From the NCBI GenBank assembly GCA_002633005.1, contig NMRA01000329.1, positions 23,219 to 87,218 on the forward strand: a stretch of 64,000 bases of DNA, written 5' to 3'. Below the pieces are notes generated by a model. It was not told where the DNA came from. It worked only from the letters and a program-made list of their open reading frames with translations, and ran no database searches. The DNA is from Phoronis australis. Its lineage: Eukaryota > Animalia > Phoronida. Made by a program: the position numbers and the translations under genes. Below are positions 13,033 through 25,876 of this stretch, piece after piece. Positions within the stretch are counted from its first letter, which is position 1. Each line of letters opens with the position of its first letter.

Positions 13033-16000
13033 TAGGCGGTGGACCAGAATTTGTAGGACTTCTAGAAAATGGTTTTTGTGAGTACTTTAGGGGGCAATTT
13101 TATTTTGGTGTTTTTTAATTTATTTACTAGAGTGTTTTCAAAATCTCAAAAGTTCCCACACATAAAGTTGCATATTTTTGAGAAATTAGAGTTTGAAGTT
13201 GCATAATATCCACCATACAGCTTAGAGAACTTATATTTGTCAAAACAACAGTTTTTGCTATCTTTTTTGTAAAACAAGTAATATGGTCCCATCGATGTCT
13301 ATGGTTTGAACAATAATACACTAAAATTGCATGTTTTACTATTGTAGACTAATTGTAAATGTGAAACTTAAAAATGTAAAGTGACACCTACATGTATTGG
13401 CAGAAATGCAAACTAAGTCTGACCTACTATGAGGTTATTCTGGCATTGTCTGGCAACAAAACTAATACAAAACACTTGAGACTGGGCAAAACTTGTGCCT
13501 CAGTAACTGAATTATTGACTAATGGTAAAAACTATACTTTGTTTGCATAATATACCAGAAATACGTTATAGTACAAGGACAATATAGTTGAATGATCTCT
13601 GTGAATGTGTACAGCACACATCACGAATTTTTATCCGCCCGGTCGGAAATTGGTCGACGACTAGCCGTCGACCGGTCGGCAAATTAGCCGACCGGCAGCC
13701 GCCCGCAGTGCCGACTCATAAGGCGACTCCCCAGCCGACCCTTGAGCCGACCCTTGAGCCGACCGGCCATCAGCCGACCAGCTGGTCGGCTGCTATTTTT
13801 AGACTGGAGTAGCAGTTGCGTAATAGGTTGTCAGGCTGATGCCACTTTGCGTGTCGATGCATATTCGTCTAAGCATAGGGTCAAATAAATTAACCTAGTT
13901 TTACTGTCTCGGTTACATGAGTTCACCTCGGTTGTGTAACACCACTAATTCGAAGGTTGAAGGCAAGCGGTACTAGTAAACATTGGATTATGGACAATGC
14001 AACAAGTTTTGGATGAAAAACGTGAAAGTTTTCTTTACATTTGATCTTTAATTTGACTCGTGACGTTAACAAGATTGGTTGCTTCCCGGTCAATACAACG
14101 CTGTAGTCATTCTGTAAACGCAGCTATTTTTAACAGTCTTCGCCCGCAATTGATTTTGTTTGTGTAACGCCAAACTGCATCTTTTTGCGTTTTTTAAGTT
14201 AGTCACCGGTCTCCTATCACGCGCTCATGATGATGGATTAGTGAGTGAGTTGTTACACCGCGAAGAGCTCTCACTCCGGGGATTTCATTTTCATAGTATT
14301 GACCCTTGCAGTACAGACGCGNNNNNNNNNNNNNNNNNNNNNNNNNNNNNNNNNNNNNNNNNNNNNNNNNNNNNNNNNNNNNNNNNNNNNNNNNNNNNNN
14401 NNNNNNNNNNNNNNNNNNNNNNNNNNNNNNNNNNNNNNNNNNNNNNNNNNNNNNNNNNNNNNNNNNNNNNNNNNNNNNNNNNNNNNNNNNNNNNNNNNNN
14501 NNNNNNNNNACACTTTTGAGGGCCTTTTCAAAAATAAATGTTTGGTTGATGAATTCAGCGAGTCGGTGTCCACGGGCAGAAAACGGTATCTGCGTAAAGA
14601 AAGAGTTGCGTTTTCAAAACATTCAGAGCATGAGCTCAAGGACTACCTGAGACTGGTATTCTTGCCCAATGAATATATAGTTCTTGGAAAACTGTTACCC
14701 CTAAGAAATGTGCAAAATACGAACGTCATTTACGGAAGGTTGTATTAGAAGTGATTCGTTGCAGTGGAGCAGCCACGGGATAGTAAGAACACTGTGCTGT
14801 ACACTATTTAGCTGAATGGAAAGCTGAAGCGAAAACATCCAGAACACACATTTTCTATTCAGGAATTGAAATCTCTGTAGAATCAAAAACAATTGGCAAC
14901 CAGGATTCATTGTGTCAGAACACTTATCACGCCAGGAGAGAGAGTTGTTTTCAAGCCCGGAGGCGACATGATCACCCATTATGCAATGGTGATGATCCAG
15001 TGTGTACCTATACATTGGCATCTATTGTAAAACGTGGATTAGACAAAAGAAATTCAACCGCATTTCCAAGATAATAGGTCTTTTGTCGGCGAGAGGTTGA
15101 ACATATAGCCCTTGTTTATATGTATACATGTCGTACGGACATTTTCACTTTGAAAGTTAGAAATTATGCTTCCGCGATCTCACTTAACGTTTGATATTAC
15201 CACGCCGACATTAATTCAACATAAAGTTTGAGGCTGGTGTAATGTCACGCAATTCGTATTCGTAGTTTGATTCGATTTTACCTCCTTTCAATAGTGTAAC
15301 AAAAGTTGATAAACCGATGTCAAGACCGGAGATGCCACTGGTGAACGAACAGCAAACATTTAAATGTTTGTTTGGCCAAAGTTCACCCGCTAAGTCATAA
15401 AATGGTAATTGCCAACCAAGGACACGCTTAATCCGAATTGGTCGTCTACGCTAGGCGACCACTTAGACGACCCAAGTGCCGACCACAGAGGCGACTCAGT
15501 AGACGGCTCCTAGACGACCGGTCGACGACCAATTTCCGACCGGGCGGACAAAAATTCGTGATGTGTGCTGTACATAGACTGTCAAAAATAATAGATTATT
15601 CTGACAGGGTTCAGCAAGCAGTATAACGAAATAACGGGGTTGGAAGTCTATTTAGGGTTGACTTGACAAAGAACTATCCAATGTCATGCAGTCAGTGTTG
15701 CCGATGTTCCTACAGTTGCCACAGCTGCACATTTCTGTACAGTTTGACCCGGCATTGCAGCACAAACTCAGTTTCCCAGCGCAAATGTTCTTTTTGCACT
15801 TGCAGCGTTCATCATACAGTACTTTCAATGGAGCTGCGGAAATTGTCATACATATTAACTGTAAAGCTCCACCTCCAAGGAGTCAACTGTGGTCGATTAG
15901 AGAGGGTACAGCACTGCACACTGGGGATTGGCCCGCATGCAATGAAGGGTCATACATTAAGTCCTTGTTTGGAGGCGGGCAGGATTTGGACAAACGTTTG

Positions 16001-18161
16001 ATTCAAAATATATTATAATGGGCTGTGTTAATTAGAATCAGCAAGTGAATTATGGAACATTAGCCTCAATTCACTTTCGTATCTTATAGTCGGGCACAAA
16101 CTAGAACAGTGAGTAGTTTCAACAATCGTTTCTTAAGATTGCCTGTCAAAATAACTCCATGCACACCAGCTTTCTGAAGAATAGCCTCAAAGTCTTGCGT
16201 TAGTTTTGAAAGGCAAATGACATCTCCATGTGTTAGAAGCTTTGATTTAATGAACTCCAAACAAAACTGCAGGAAAACTATGTATCTCTGAAAACTGAGG
16301 ATTCGTCGCTCTTCACAATCTTAGTATTTTGATAGCATGATGATCCGTGGTACTTGGCATCTAAGACACAAGGTCTTTATCTTTGAATTTCATTTGCGTA
16401 TTCAGGGCTCTGGACTGCGCTGCTGCTTGCGATACAAGTCCAACTTAAAAAAAAAACGAAATGTTATCATGCACTAAATTAAAATTTAAGGTGAGGTGGC
16501 ATGCAAATTTTTCAGACGGGCCTATCTTGAACTAATCCACCACCAGCCTAACAAATTTACATGCCGTCTGATCTGTCGCCTAAAATGTGGATCGTCTAAT
16601 AATTAGATTAGTTGATGCAACTGGAAATAAATCAGGTGATATACCAGTGCAGTGATTGAATTTAATAACTTTTTAAAATCAGATGCTCATAGCATAGTCA
16701 ATCGATTTACACTTAAGGTAATCAACATTTGACGAAATGGAAAGTGGCATCCACTGTCCTCAAATTACATGTACGACGGGAACGCTGGCCACTTAGGCAC
16801 TTTAATTTAATTACCATTGCAACTGCCTAAGTAATTAATGTTTAGAAAAATTGAGAAGAGGTTTCCCCTAACCCAGGGTTACAGCAGGGGATGACGGCCA
16901 CTTTGGAATGTTGATTGCAACCATCTACTCCGTTTAACCTTCTCAATTACTTAAAGTGCTTAAAATCACACCCACAGTATAGCGCCATATGAGTATCCCC
17001 TGGCTCAAGGAGTGTCGATGTGGCAAGAGAGCAAGCGAGTGTTCGAAAAACAGGATTGCAGGAGTATTTGTTTAAACTGGGAACAAATGAAAATATTTAC
17101 GGCCTCCTCAGAGGCATCTCTGTACGCGGTACTTCTAAACTTATAGGAACGTGACATGGCTTAACCAGTGTGATGCCTAATTTGCCGAAAAGCATCCGGC
17201 ATATGGAGTACCTATAATATGATCACCGTCTCTACTGGGTCAGCGGTATTTTCTAAGGCTTGGGCAGCCAATGGGCTGAACAAGTTAAAAAAAACAACTG
17301 GTGATAATTTTGAAACACACTTGGAAAACACTAAGATGTACCTTTCAAAAACACGTGCCTGTTTTTCAAAGCTAAAAAGTTGTTACTTCTTTCTCTTTCT
17401 TGAAATGTGGTCCATAATATACTTTTCCTGCTAACAAAGGATACGATATACTCTTGTTTCCGAATGTTCGTATCTTGTTCAGGTTAATTTGTGTGTTTCA
17501 GATTTTGGAAGTCTAATTGATTTTCTTGGGAAATTTTGGGTAAGATCTGTATCACTTTCAGCATCTTCAGTATTACTACGACTGCTGGTGTCTTAAAATG
17601 TTGCTATGCCTTTCTATGTACTTTCAATTTTTGGTCGGACACTTGGTCTTCTACAGCAGTATACTGTTTAGGCTATAGAAGGACATGCAGCTGTTTTCTG
17701 CACAAACGTTTGTGACACCTCTTCTTGTTTTCGATCTACTGATCTACAGAGTTCCAAATACCATCAGGTTTTGTCAGAATGCTTTTCTAAGCTTCTTCAT
17801 GTTCTGGCATGTTTTGTGAATTATACTGGCATCACACTCCATGGGTGCTGCCATATTGAAGTAACTAAGCACAACAATATAACCTGGCTTTCTGATTGGT
17901 CATTTCAATAGTAAAGCGACACCAAGTGGCAGGAATGTGCATAGTATTTCTTATTTATTTATTTTATTATTGTGATATTTAAAATGAAGGTGGACGTACC
18001 TTACAACAATAACACCTTTTTTAAAAAAATGTGCAAGTGTAGACGTGGGAACTTTTTGGAATTTGCTTTATAGATATATTATCTAGCCACAAAGAAAAAA
18101 CTAGGTTGCCCACCAAAAGTACTCACAAGGATGAACGCTATGAGATCCGGCCCACCGACTA
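13033..18161 (-). mobile_element. Internally deleted, degenerate Academ(X)-like DNA transposon
   Basis: Imperfect TIRs TAGGCGGTGGACC...TTGTGAGTACTTT (13033-) and AAAGTACTCACAAG...GGCCCACCGACTA (-18161). TAG..CTA termini and a 3-bp TAT TSD on both sides. Decayed minus-strand ORF pieces: MAAPMEC.. (~17854), DAKYH..CY (~16350) and a C-terminal Cys cluster CKCKKNIC...CCNAGSNCTEMCSCGNCRN (15849-15652). Confidence 0.72.
13612..15570. mobile_element. TA-flanked non-autonomous TIR element nested in the Academ-like element
   Basis: ~50-bp near-perfect TIR CAGCACACATCACGAATTTT..CCGCCCGGTCGGAAATTGGTCG at both ends, TA on both sides, and GCCGAC-type subterminal repeats. Confidence 0.85.
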
Positions 18162-18799
18162 TATCCATGCACTTGCAGTCGAAGTGACTCATGCTGTAAT
18201 ATAACTAACCCTGTGTCATTCATTGTTCAAATCGCTGTGTTGCAGATTATGGTGTCGTCAATGATATTTAATAGCAAGCTTCCATTTTTAAAGTTTCAGG
18301 TATCATCTTAGAATACAGTGGTACCGTACCAGTTTCTTGTCATACGAAGTTCAAAGACATTCCATCCGCCAGGTAAGCAGGTAAATGTTTACAGCAAATT
18401 TCTGTGATGGGTTGTAATCTCAGCTATAGCATGGCCTTACCAATTTTGTTATTGTTCCCTGTATTGTTGTTGGGGATATTGCTGCAATTACACAGCAATC
18501 ATCATACAAATGTACTCATATTCATCTTACTTGTGGCTTATTTACATGTGGAACTTTACTGGTTGTAGGATCGTCTGCCCAAAAATGGAATGTGCAAACC
18601 AGAAACTTTGGGGTACGGTGAACTATACATCTGTAGGTATCAACGGTAAAACCTTCATCATAATTTCTATTCTACTGATAAATTACTGCCGTAAACCAAA
18701 TAACCCTCTTGAACGCGTGACAATAATTCATGTTTGTAGCATCCTTCTGAAAAACCTTTTTGTACAGGACATGCATTCCTTACAAATAATACGTTTATA

Positions 18800-20988
18800 C
18801 CACAGTATTAGCGTTGAATGGCAAATACAACCGTGTAATAACCCTTTTAGTGATCTCACTAGTGAGACAACATTTTGGCGAGCCCGGCTTCGAACCCGGG
18901 CCTCAAGAGTTTCCATAGAAACGATATTTTAATTCAGTGAAATTTTTCTCTCTTGTTCTCTCAATTTTAAATTGCCCATCTCCAATTTGAATGCAGGTAT
19001 CGTGTCGTCGGGATCCTTTGACTTGACCATTGTAGTCAGTTATTAGTGGTAACCTACTTTAGCAGACGATACTTTCCCGGTCGAAGCTTAGCGAGATAAA
19101 ATATGTAATAAGCTATGATAGTTGCTAAGTCTTAATTTATAGATTCACTTTATTTCTATTTTGTTTAAAATTTCAATTGGTTTTGAGTAAAAGCATTATT
19201 TGACAAAAATAGCTCGGCTTTTCTTAAAAGGTCACGACCTCGGAGCCCGGGCCTCTGACATACTTATGCTATGAACATTCCCACTAAATAAGATTGGTCC
19301 TAACCCCAGTGGTTAAGGTAAACGGTGGGGTATGGAAAATTGAACTAGACCGTATTTATCCACCTTGGCTGAGTCGCACTCGGCTCACTATCAAAGGGAT
19401 GCCGCCAAGCTGCTCTAGTCATAGAGTCACGAGGGAGGATAATTGGCTTCGCTCATGCGGATATGATCAGCTGATTACAATCTAGCTAGCAGACTGTACT
19501 TTTTATGGAGAGAGTTTTACGTAGTTTTTACTGTAATATTTGAAAAGAGGAGCGAAAACAAATATGAGTACAACTTTGAATTTTTCAAATCGGCCCAGGA
19601 TAAGAGATTTTGCAACACAGAAACACTCACGATTACTTTCATTCGGCGCGCACGAATACAAAAATATAGGACCCAAGTTAGGATTGTATAAATGTAGAAC
19701 TACTCCGTGTGTTATTTAGGTTTTGGAAAAAATGCATTTTAATACTCAAAATACGTTTTGTATAGCTATTACAAGCTCTAAAACGACTTTGTGTAATTTC
19801 ATTGAGATCGTTCTTTGTCATCCGTCAAACCGGAAACTTCCGAGATGTGACTCTGCGAGCGCACTCACCTTGCACGTTACAGCCGTTTAAGTGAAAAACA
19901 ATCTAGTAAACGCCATTTTCTTGCATAATCCTCCGCCTTTTGTAACAAAAAAGTCTATCGTCGATGACCCGCACACGCACGCTCACTCACTCTCATACGC
20001 AGACGACCTTCAAAACAAACGTCACGTGACAACAACATGTGTGTTCATCCAGAGATTTTTCTCGTGTTGTGGAGTACGATGTAGCGCACATTTGGACTTA
20101 ATCGCAATTAATCTGGACTCCACAGGAACTTTAAAAATTGTAAAACATCAGGAAGATTTCAGGTAATTTGTTGAGTCGAAACTATATTTTTATTCAAGAG
20201 TACAAGTTTTCCTATTGACGATCGCGATTCAGCGACGCATCAGTCGGCAAGTTTTCGCCCTGTGATGAGCACAATTTTTTGAAAAATTATCGTAATTTAA
20301 CAACGGAAGTTGATAGCAATGCACCACAATTTTGTAGAAAGGCTGTCATAGGCTACAAATACGTCACAGAGCGTAAATTTGATGAATCCTAGCTTCCGAT
20401 TTTACCCGTTTGGGAAACCGGGTTTCAACTGCCGTAGGCTCACTACAATAAGCGTCCCCTCCCCGTGAAATGAATTTTTCTAAGCGTTTGTTTGAGCCAA
20501 TACAGTATACAGCTTTCCACCAAGGCTAGGTGATGCAAGACATTATTCTTTGTTGCATTATAGTAACTGGTCTTGGCTAATTATCATTTTATGGCCTGGT
20601 CATCCATTCAGCCAAAAGTAGTTGCAGATGTGGCTTATCAGCCAATTATTCACGCATGCTGACTCACAATAGAAGCCTGATAAGAGTGAAGGTGGATAAA
20701 TGCGGTGTTCCTACAGTTTCTTGTTTTAGTGGATGTGTTCACGACAGTAGTTACAAAGCCGAGGCAAGTCGAGAAAGGTAGATATCGATTCATTGCAACG
20801 TTTCTCGTTCAGTATGGGGTGTAAATAGATTATTACATGTTCTCAGTCGTTATCCCCCTTATCTAGAGACCTCGTGGATTTTGCAGAATTATCACCCTCG
20901 GGGGTAACGACCCTCAGGCGATAATTCTCCAAAATCCACTTGGGCTCTAGATAACGGGGGATAACGACTTCGTCATGTAATAATCTAT
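18800..20988. repeat. Composite repeat unit, copy 2, interrupted by a 1.49-kb insertion
   Basis: Same blocks as 11130-12001, split at ...CTCTGACA|TA ... TA|GTTACAAAGCC. Confidence 0.8.
19263..20747. mobile_element. TA-flanked element with imperfect TIRs inserted in composite copy 2
   Basis: ATGAACATTCCCACTAAA vs TTTAGTGGATGTGTTCAC, and CGTATTTATCCACCT vs AGGTGGATAAATGCG, both inverted. TA on both sides. Absent from copy 1. Confidence 0.68.
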
Positions 20989-21108
20989 ATGTATCCTGGC
21001 TACGCAACAAATCTACGTTCCTGTTGTTTCTTTTATCAGGGCTTAAAGTAGGCTTGAAATAAAACCTGACAAAATTTTTATGTCACTAAAACTACAGCCT
21101 GTTCTTAA

Positions 21109-21996
21109 AGGCGAAGGCAACCCTTTTCATGTCTTTTTTAGCAAAAATAAGGTTCGTTGGTTATCCCAGACATATTTTCCCCTTAATTACAGCTTTTCGT
21201 AATTTAATTAATTATTCGTTCTCTACTCCGGAAGTGACGTTTTGGGAGGGAAGAAGTTCCCGCCTATTTCTTTTTGTATAGTCTGATTGTGAGAGCTGCC
21301 GAGTCAGTCATTGTTCTATTTCGCGGTTTTGATAAGTTCGCTCATCGTGTGCTTTTGTTTACGAATCAGTCAACATGCCACACTGTCGCTGCGTACCGGG
21401 ATGTACTCATTATCGTCTCACGGACAGAGGAACAACTGTCCCACTTGCCCGAGTGCCCGCGACACACTCCCACTGATAGTGACCTGAGCACACAAACTGC
21501 TTACACCCTGCTGTGTGACACCCTCGCCACACACCTGGCCCCTTCTAAATAGCTCCAATACTTTAGACAAGTCAACAATAAACTTAACTTTTCATTGAAC
21601 GACGAACTGTTCTCTTCACTGGGTGTACTCAAACGGTTCCTGTATTCACTCCCGCTACTCAACACCGCAGCAGGGCTGCTTACAGGCTTTCAGCCATAAT
21701 GAGTACATGTACATCCCGGTAGGCAGTAACAGTGTGGCATGTTGACTGACTCTTAAATAAAAGCAAACGACGAGTGAACTTATGACAACTGAAGTAGATC
21801 TATGACTGACTCGTCAACGCTCATACATGTATAGTCAGAATACGGGAAAAAATTTGGCTCGAAATCCTTGCCTCCTAAAACGTCACTTCCGGAGTAGAGA
21901 ACGAATAATTAATCAAATTACGAAAGTGGAAAATATGTCTGGGATAATCAACGAACCTTATTTTTTGCTAAAAATGAAAATAGGTTGCCTTCGCCT
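21109..21996. mobile_element. TTAA-flanked foldback element (Kolobok-like MITE) with ~290-bp inverted arms
   Basis: TTAA|AGGCGAAGGCAACC ... GGTTGCCTTCGCCT|TTAA. Arms stay complementary inward to ...GGGATGTACTCATTAT / ATAATGAGTACAT. RR..YY termini with a TTAA TSD fit Kolobok better than piggyBac. Confidence 0.82.
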
Positions 21997-22605
21997 TTAA
22001 ATAATAAAGACACTGAACGACGCTAAACCCTCATAGCCTACCTCCCTGCATCTCTCGTACCCTCTTTTCTTGCTCTCTCCCTCTCACTCCTCGCCCGAAC
22101 TTTCCTATAACATGTTTTGATCTTTGCCTTTATTGATGAAGGATTCGTGCATTTGTGCCGCCGCATGGCACGACGGTCGAATAAAGCCTTGGAGCACGAG
22201 CGCTGAGGAGAGAACAGTTACTTGGTCATCAGGAACAACGATGTCTAGATTCGTCGGTACTACCAGATATGGGAAATCATCAAAATCGTATGTTTTTATC
22301 GTATATGAACGACTATTGTAATATAGAATAATTTCCATATGCCGTGTTTCACTCGATAGATGTCTTAGATTCCATCAATTCATAGATTTGGCGAACGAAA
22401 CATGTGTTCCCTCGGACTTTTTGTGAGCACAAACTTTCGAGCATTTTATGGGCGCCTTGAAAGGAAAAAGAAGCCTGAATTATTTATTGTGTGGATTTTG
22501 TGATTATACGAAATCCAGCGTACTGGTTATATTGAAATGTTAACATGACGAGAAGGTTGAACTGAATGTTATTTAATGCCCTTTCACCCTTTTCATCCCT
22601 GGTAG

Positions 22606-22655
22606 ATTCGAAAAGCCGTATGGAACAAGTTTCTTCACCAGTGATCGCGTATCAG
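22606..22655 (+). CDS. Candidate upstream coding exon (FEKPYGTSFFTSDRVS)
   Basis: Pyrimidine tract + tag acceptor and strong cag|gtgagt donor. The phase-1 end is compatible with exon 23011. No domain homology recognised. Confidence 0.45.
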
Positions 22656-23010
22656 GTGAGTTTTTTCATGGAGGGAGAGGGAGGGAGGGAGGNNNNNNNN
22701 NNNNNNNNNNNNNNNNNNNNNNNNNNNNNNNNNNNNNNNNNGGGAGAGCGGGAGGGAGGGAGGACGGAAGGGAGGGCGGTAGGAATGGAAGGAGGGAAGG
22801 AGAGAAGTAAGGTGAGACGGAGCTGCTAATGATCTGAGTAGATGGCACTAGCTACCCGCGAACTGGCATGTCCTACATACACTGGTAAGATGTTAACATA
22901 TAATGCTCGAAATAAACAGATAATCGGTAACAAACTGGTTAAAAATTACCCAAGCCATTAAAATAATTGGTTGGTATCTCTTTTGACACTTTTCTCTTGA
23001 TTTGCTTCAG

Positions 23011-23283
23011 AAACTCTGTACAACTTTAGCACTATCGTGGACCCTATAGCAAAGACCATTTCATGTTTTGGTCCCGGCAACACAGAGATGATGGCAGGAG
23101 TATTCGTACAAACTTTTATAACTTACCCTGGAAATTCACCAACCAAAACAAGTGACGTGCGCGTGGCGATGGGAAGACTTTGCAAGTACAAGTACTTGCA
23201 TCGTGGTGCATATTTTTGTGCAGCCAGCGGAGACAAGAAAAATCTTTATTCGCGTGTTGTCACACTGGCTCAGGAGACCAAAG
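23011..23283 (+). CDS. Exon: Tie-type Ig domain 1
   Basis: ttcag| ... g|gtgagt, 273 nt, phase 1-1. Translates ETLYNFSTIVDP...ISCFG...LHRGAYFCAASG, resembling Tie2 'INGAYFCEG'. Confidence 0.85.
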
Positions 23284-23521
23284 GTGAGTAAAAGGGCAGA
23301 TCGCCAAGCGAAGACGTTCCCAGAAATACTGATAGTAATAGTAATAGCAACGTGTTATACCTTGCGTACACAAAAGTACATCATTGCAATATACTTGCAT
23401 TGTTACTAAAATCATAGCCATGGTTTCTCTCTGCATGCACATCATCACATAACTTGCACATATGAGCCGACTTCGTATAAACAATGTTTGGCAAGTACAA
23501 CTGTACATGTACTTTGTTGTC

Positions 23522-24354
23522 TAGTTGCCAAAAAATTGACTTTGCCATGTTGTTTACTGTAACGTTTTCAATTGGAAATTTATTATTTGTGGTTAGGAGA
23601 AAATAACTTGGTTGCAATTTGGGCAACCTAGGGCATTTTTCATAATTTAAGATGGCACCTCCTTCCAGTATCAAATTACCCACAGAAAAACAAAATTTGG
23701 ACATAACCTCCAATGCCGTTTATACTGTCTTTTTAGTTAACAACTCTTGTATCGTATCTTCTTTGAAGTTCTCTTGAACATGAGGAAATATACCATATTA
23801 AAATTATTAAATGAAATAAATGCGCTCACATTTGGAGATTGCGTGAAATTGTTCGGAAGTGTTTTTTCAGATTAGTGGGTCCTCACAGTAGAGTTTTTTT
23901 CCAAGTAGTATTTTTGGGAGTAATGGGACTTCGGAGTAGCTGGCAGTAACCGTACTGGAAACTCCAGCAACTTCTAAGCTGATGAGGATTTCCACGCCGG
24001 TGCTCAATGAAGAAAATTAAAAAATTGGTGAGATTGAAAAAATACCACAAGGCTGTTAAGCACTTTTGACATTTGACCTCTGATTTGACGTTGAAAATGA
24101 CCCCTATCAATAAAACAACTCATCAAATGATATAAACAATGTATCACATGACCTTTAAATCATCAATTTGAAAAAAGAAAGAGTGGGGAAACTTCAAAAT
24201 GGTGGCATCCGCCATCTTGGATTCCAAAAAAGGCTCAAGGTTGCCCAAAGCGCAACTAAACTAATTTTGTTTTCCTGATCATATATGATATATTTCAACG
24301 GAAAGCAGTAATCAACATGCAGTGTTCACTATGGGGGCTATTGGGCCCTAACTA
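23522..24354. mobile_element. Old non-autonomous TIR element with TAG..CTA ends (Academ-like MITE)
   Basis: Left end TAGTT..CATGTTGTTTACTG..GTTGCAATTTGGGCAACC matches the reverse complement of the right end (GGTTGCCCAAAGCGCAAC..CAGTAATCAACATG..AACTA). No clear TSD. Confidence 0.6.
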
Positions 24355-24548
24355 CCTGTAGACTACAGAATAAGTGAAATCAAACACGAAAGAGATTGCC
24401 TTACCTTCTGATTGACGTTGCTATAGGTATTCATTACGAATCATGTTTCGATTCTCTTGCGTAATTTGAATAACACTACCTGAAGCTCTTTCATTCTTTT
24501 TCATTCGATAAATGATGATAACAATGACGTGTCTTTTATCCATCAAAG

Positions 24549-24794
24549 AATTCTTCACGCCTGACAAAGTCACCGTACGAGCTAGCGTTGGGGACAGTGT
24601 GACACTCAATATGTCCAGTGCAAGTTGGCCTTGTTTGAAACAAAAATTATGGACCAAAGACGGTGTTCTCATGTCATCTTGGACTGGAAGACTTAAACAC
24701 CACATGAGGGTTAATGTCGAACACACGGGCGTTTACAGCGGTTATTGTGGGAGCTATGAATTGCGTGGAGCGATGATACGTCTGATAGTTAGAG
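24549..24794 (+). CDS. Exon: Tie-type Ig domain 2
   Basis: 246 nt, phase 1-1. EFFTPDKVTVRASVGDSVTL...WTKDG...HTGVYSGY...GAMIRLIVR, cf. Tie2 'FLPATLTMTVDKGDNVNI...AGVYSARY...FTRLIVR'. Confidence 0.9.
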
Positions 24795-25622
24795 GTACAT
24801 TATTTCACTTTACACCACATATGTGAAAATACGGATAGTGTATACGTCATGTAATCAAGTATGAAATACGGGAAAGTAGAGCAAATCCGTATAACACGGT
24901 AGAGGCCGTATACAACGGTAGAAGCCGTTTTTCACAGTTGGTGAGCAGTCTCCTAATGGAGTAAATTTGCCAAATTAGATCGAGGTGGTTCATTTCCGCA
25001 CTCTTGAATTACCAAGCAGTNNNNNNNNNNNNNNNNNNNNNNNNNNNNNNNNNNNNNNNNNNNNNNNNNNNNNNNNNNNNNNNNNNNNNNNNAGGGAGGG
25101 AGGGAGGGAGGGAGGGAGGGAGAGGGAGAGGGGGAGGGAGAGGGAGACTGTGACAATCGTCTGCTCGCACCGTTCGCACGAGAAGTGTTTCTCTTACTAA
25201 TTACAGTCTTAAAGCTCAGACAGGAACATATACCATGAAAACTAAGAAATTCACTGAAGCTAAAACGGCGCACTACTGCGCAACTGTTCAGGGAATCTTT
25301 CAATTTTTAGAATCCCCGATGGATTGTTTCTAACTTTCCTACAAGTTTTTGATATTTTTGAACGGTTCAATGCTTTAACTTATATATTTCGCAAAATGAA
25401 AATTTTATCAATTTATTATGACATAAAGTTTCACTGATTATCCAACACTTTCACAGATAGCGTTGTCGCCTAACCGGCTTGGGCAGCCTTGTTGGCATAC
25501 ACATCACGTCATATAACAACAAGCCAGAGCAAACGGCAACAAGATATTGCCACTAGGATGCAAATAAGTTGATATATACGGGATAAATAGGTTATCTTAC
25601 ATACACAGGAATGCTTCTGCGA

Positions 25623-25699
25623 TATCCTATCTCGAATTCATATCATCTGGGAATATGTCGTTAGGACATTCCCAGATGAAATGAATTCTCGATAGGATA
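25623..25699. repeat. Short intronic hairpin
   Basis: TATCCTATCTCGAATTCATATCATCTGGGAAT ... ATTCCCAGATGAAATGAATTCTCGATAGGATA. Confidence 0.8.
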
Positions 25700-25744
25700 G
25701 GGCAGTTGAGTTATTAATGAAGAAGCGTCATTCATAATTTTCAG

Positions 25745-25876
25745 TTTGTCCTCATGGAACGTACGGTGGCCGTTGTCAACATCAGTGTCCAGTTTGTGCG
25801 AATGGTGGAGTCTGCCACGATATCACTGGAGATTGTATTTGTCCACCGGGATTTAAAGGAGCGGGGTGTGAGGAAG
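25745..25876 (+). CDS. Exon: EGF-like repeat 1
   Basis: ttcag| ... g|gtat, 132 nt. VCPHGTYGGRCQHQCPVCANGGVCHDITGDCICPPGFKGAGCEE, cf. Tie2 '[27 protein letters not shown]'. Not present in the ORF track. Confidence 0.95.

Noticed and set aside
15652-15849. Host metallothionein or tesmin-like Cys-rich gene
   Set aside because: It lies inside TIRs and is preceded by stop- and frameshift-ridden sequence. It is better explained as the transposon's Cys finger.
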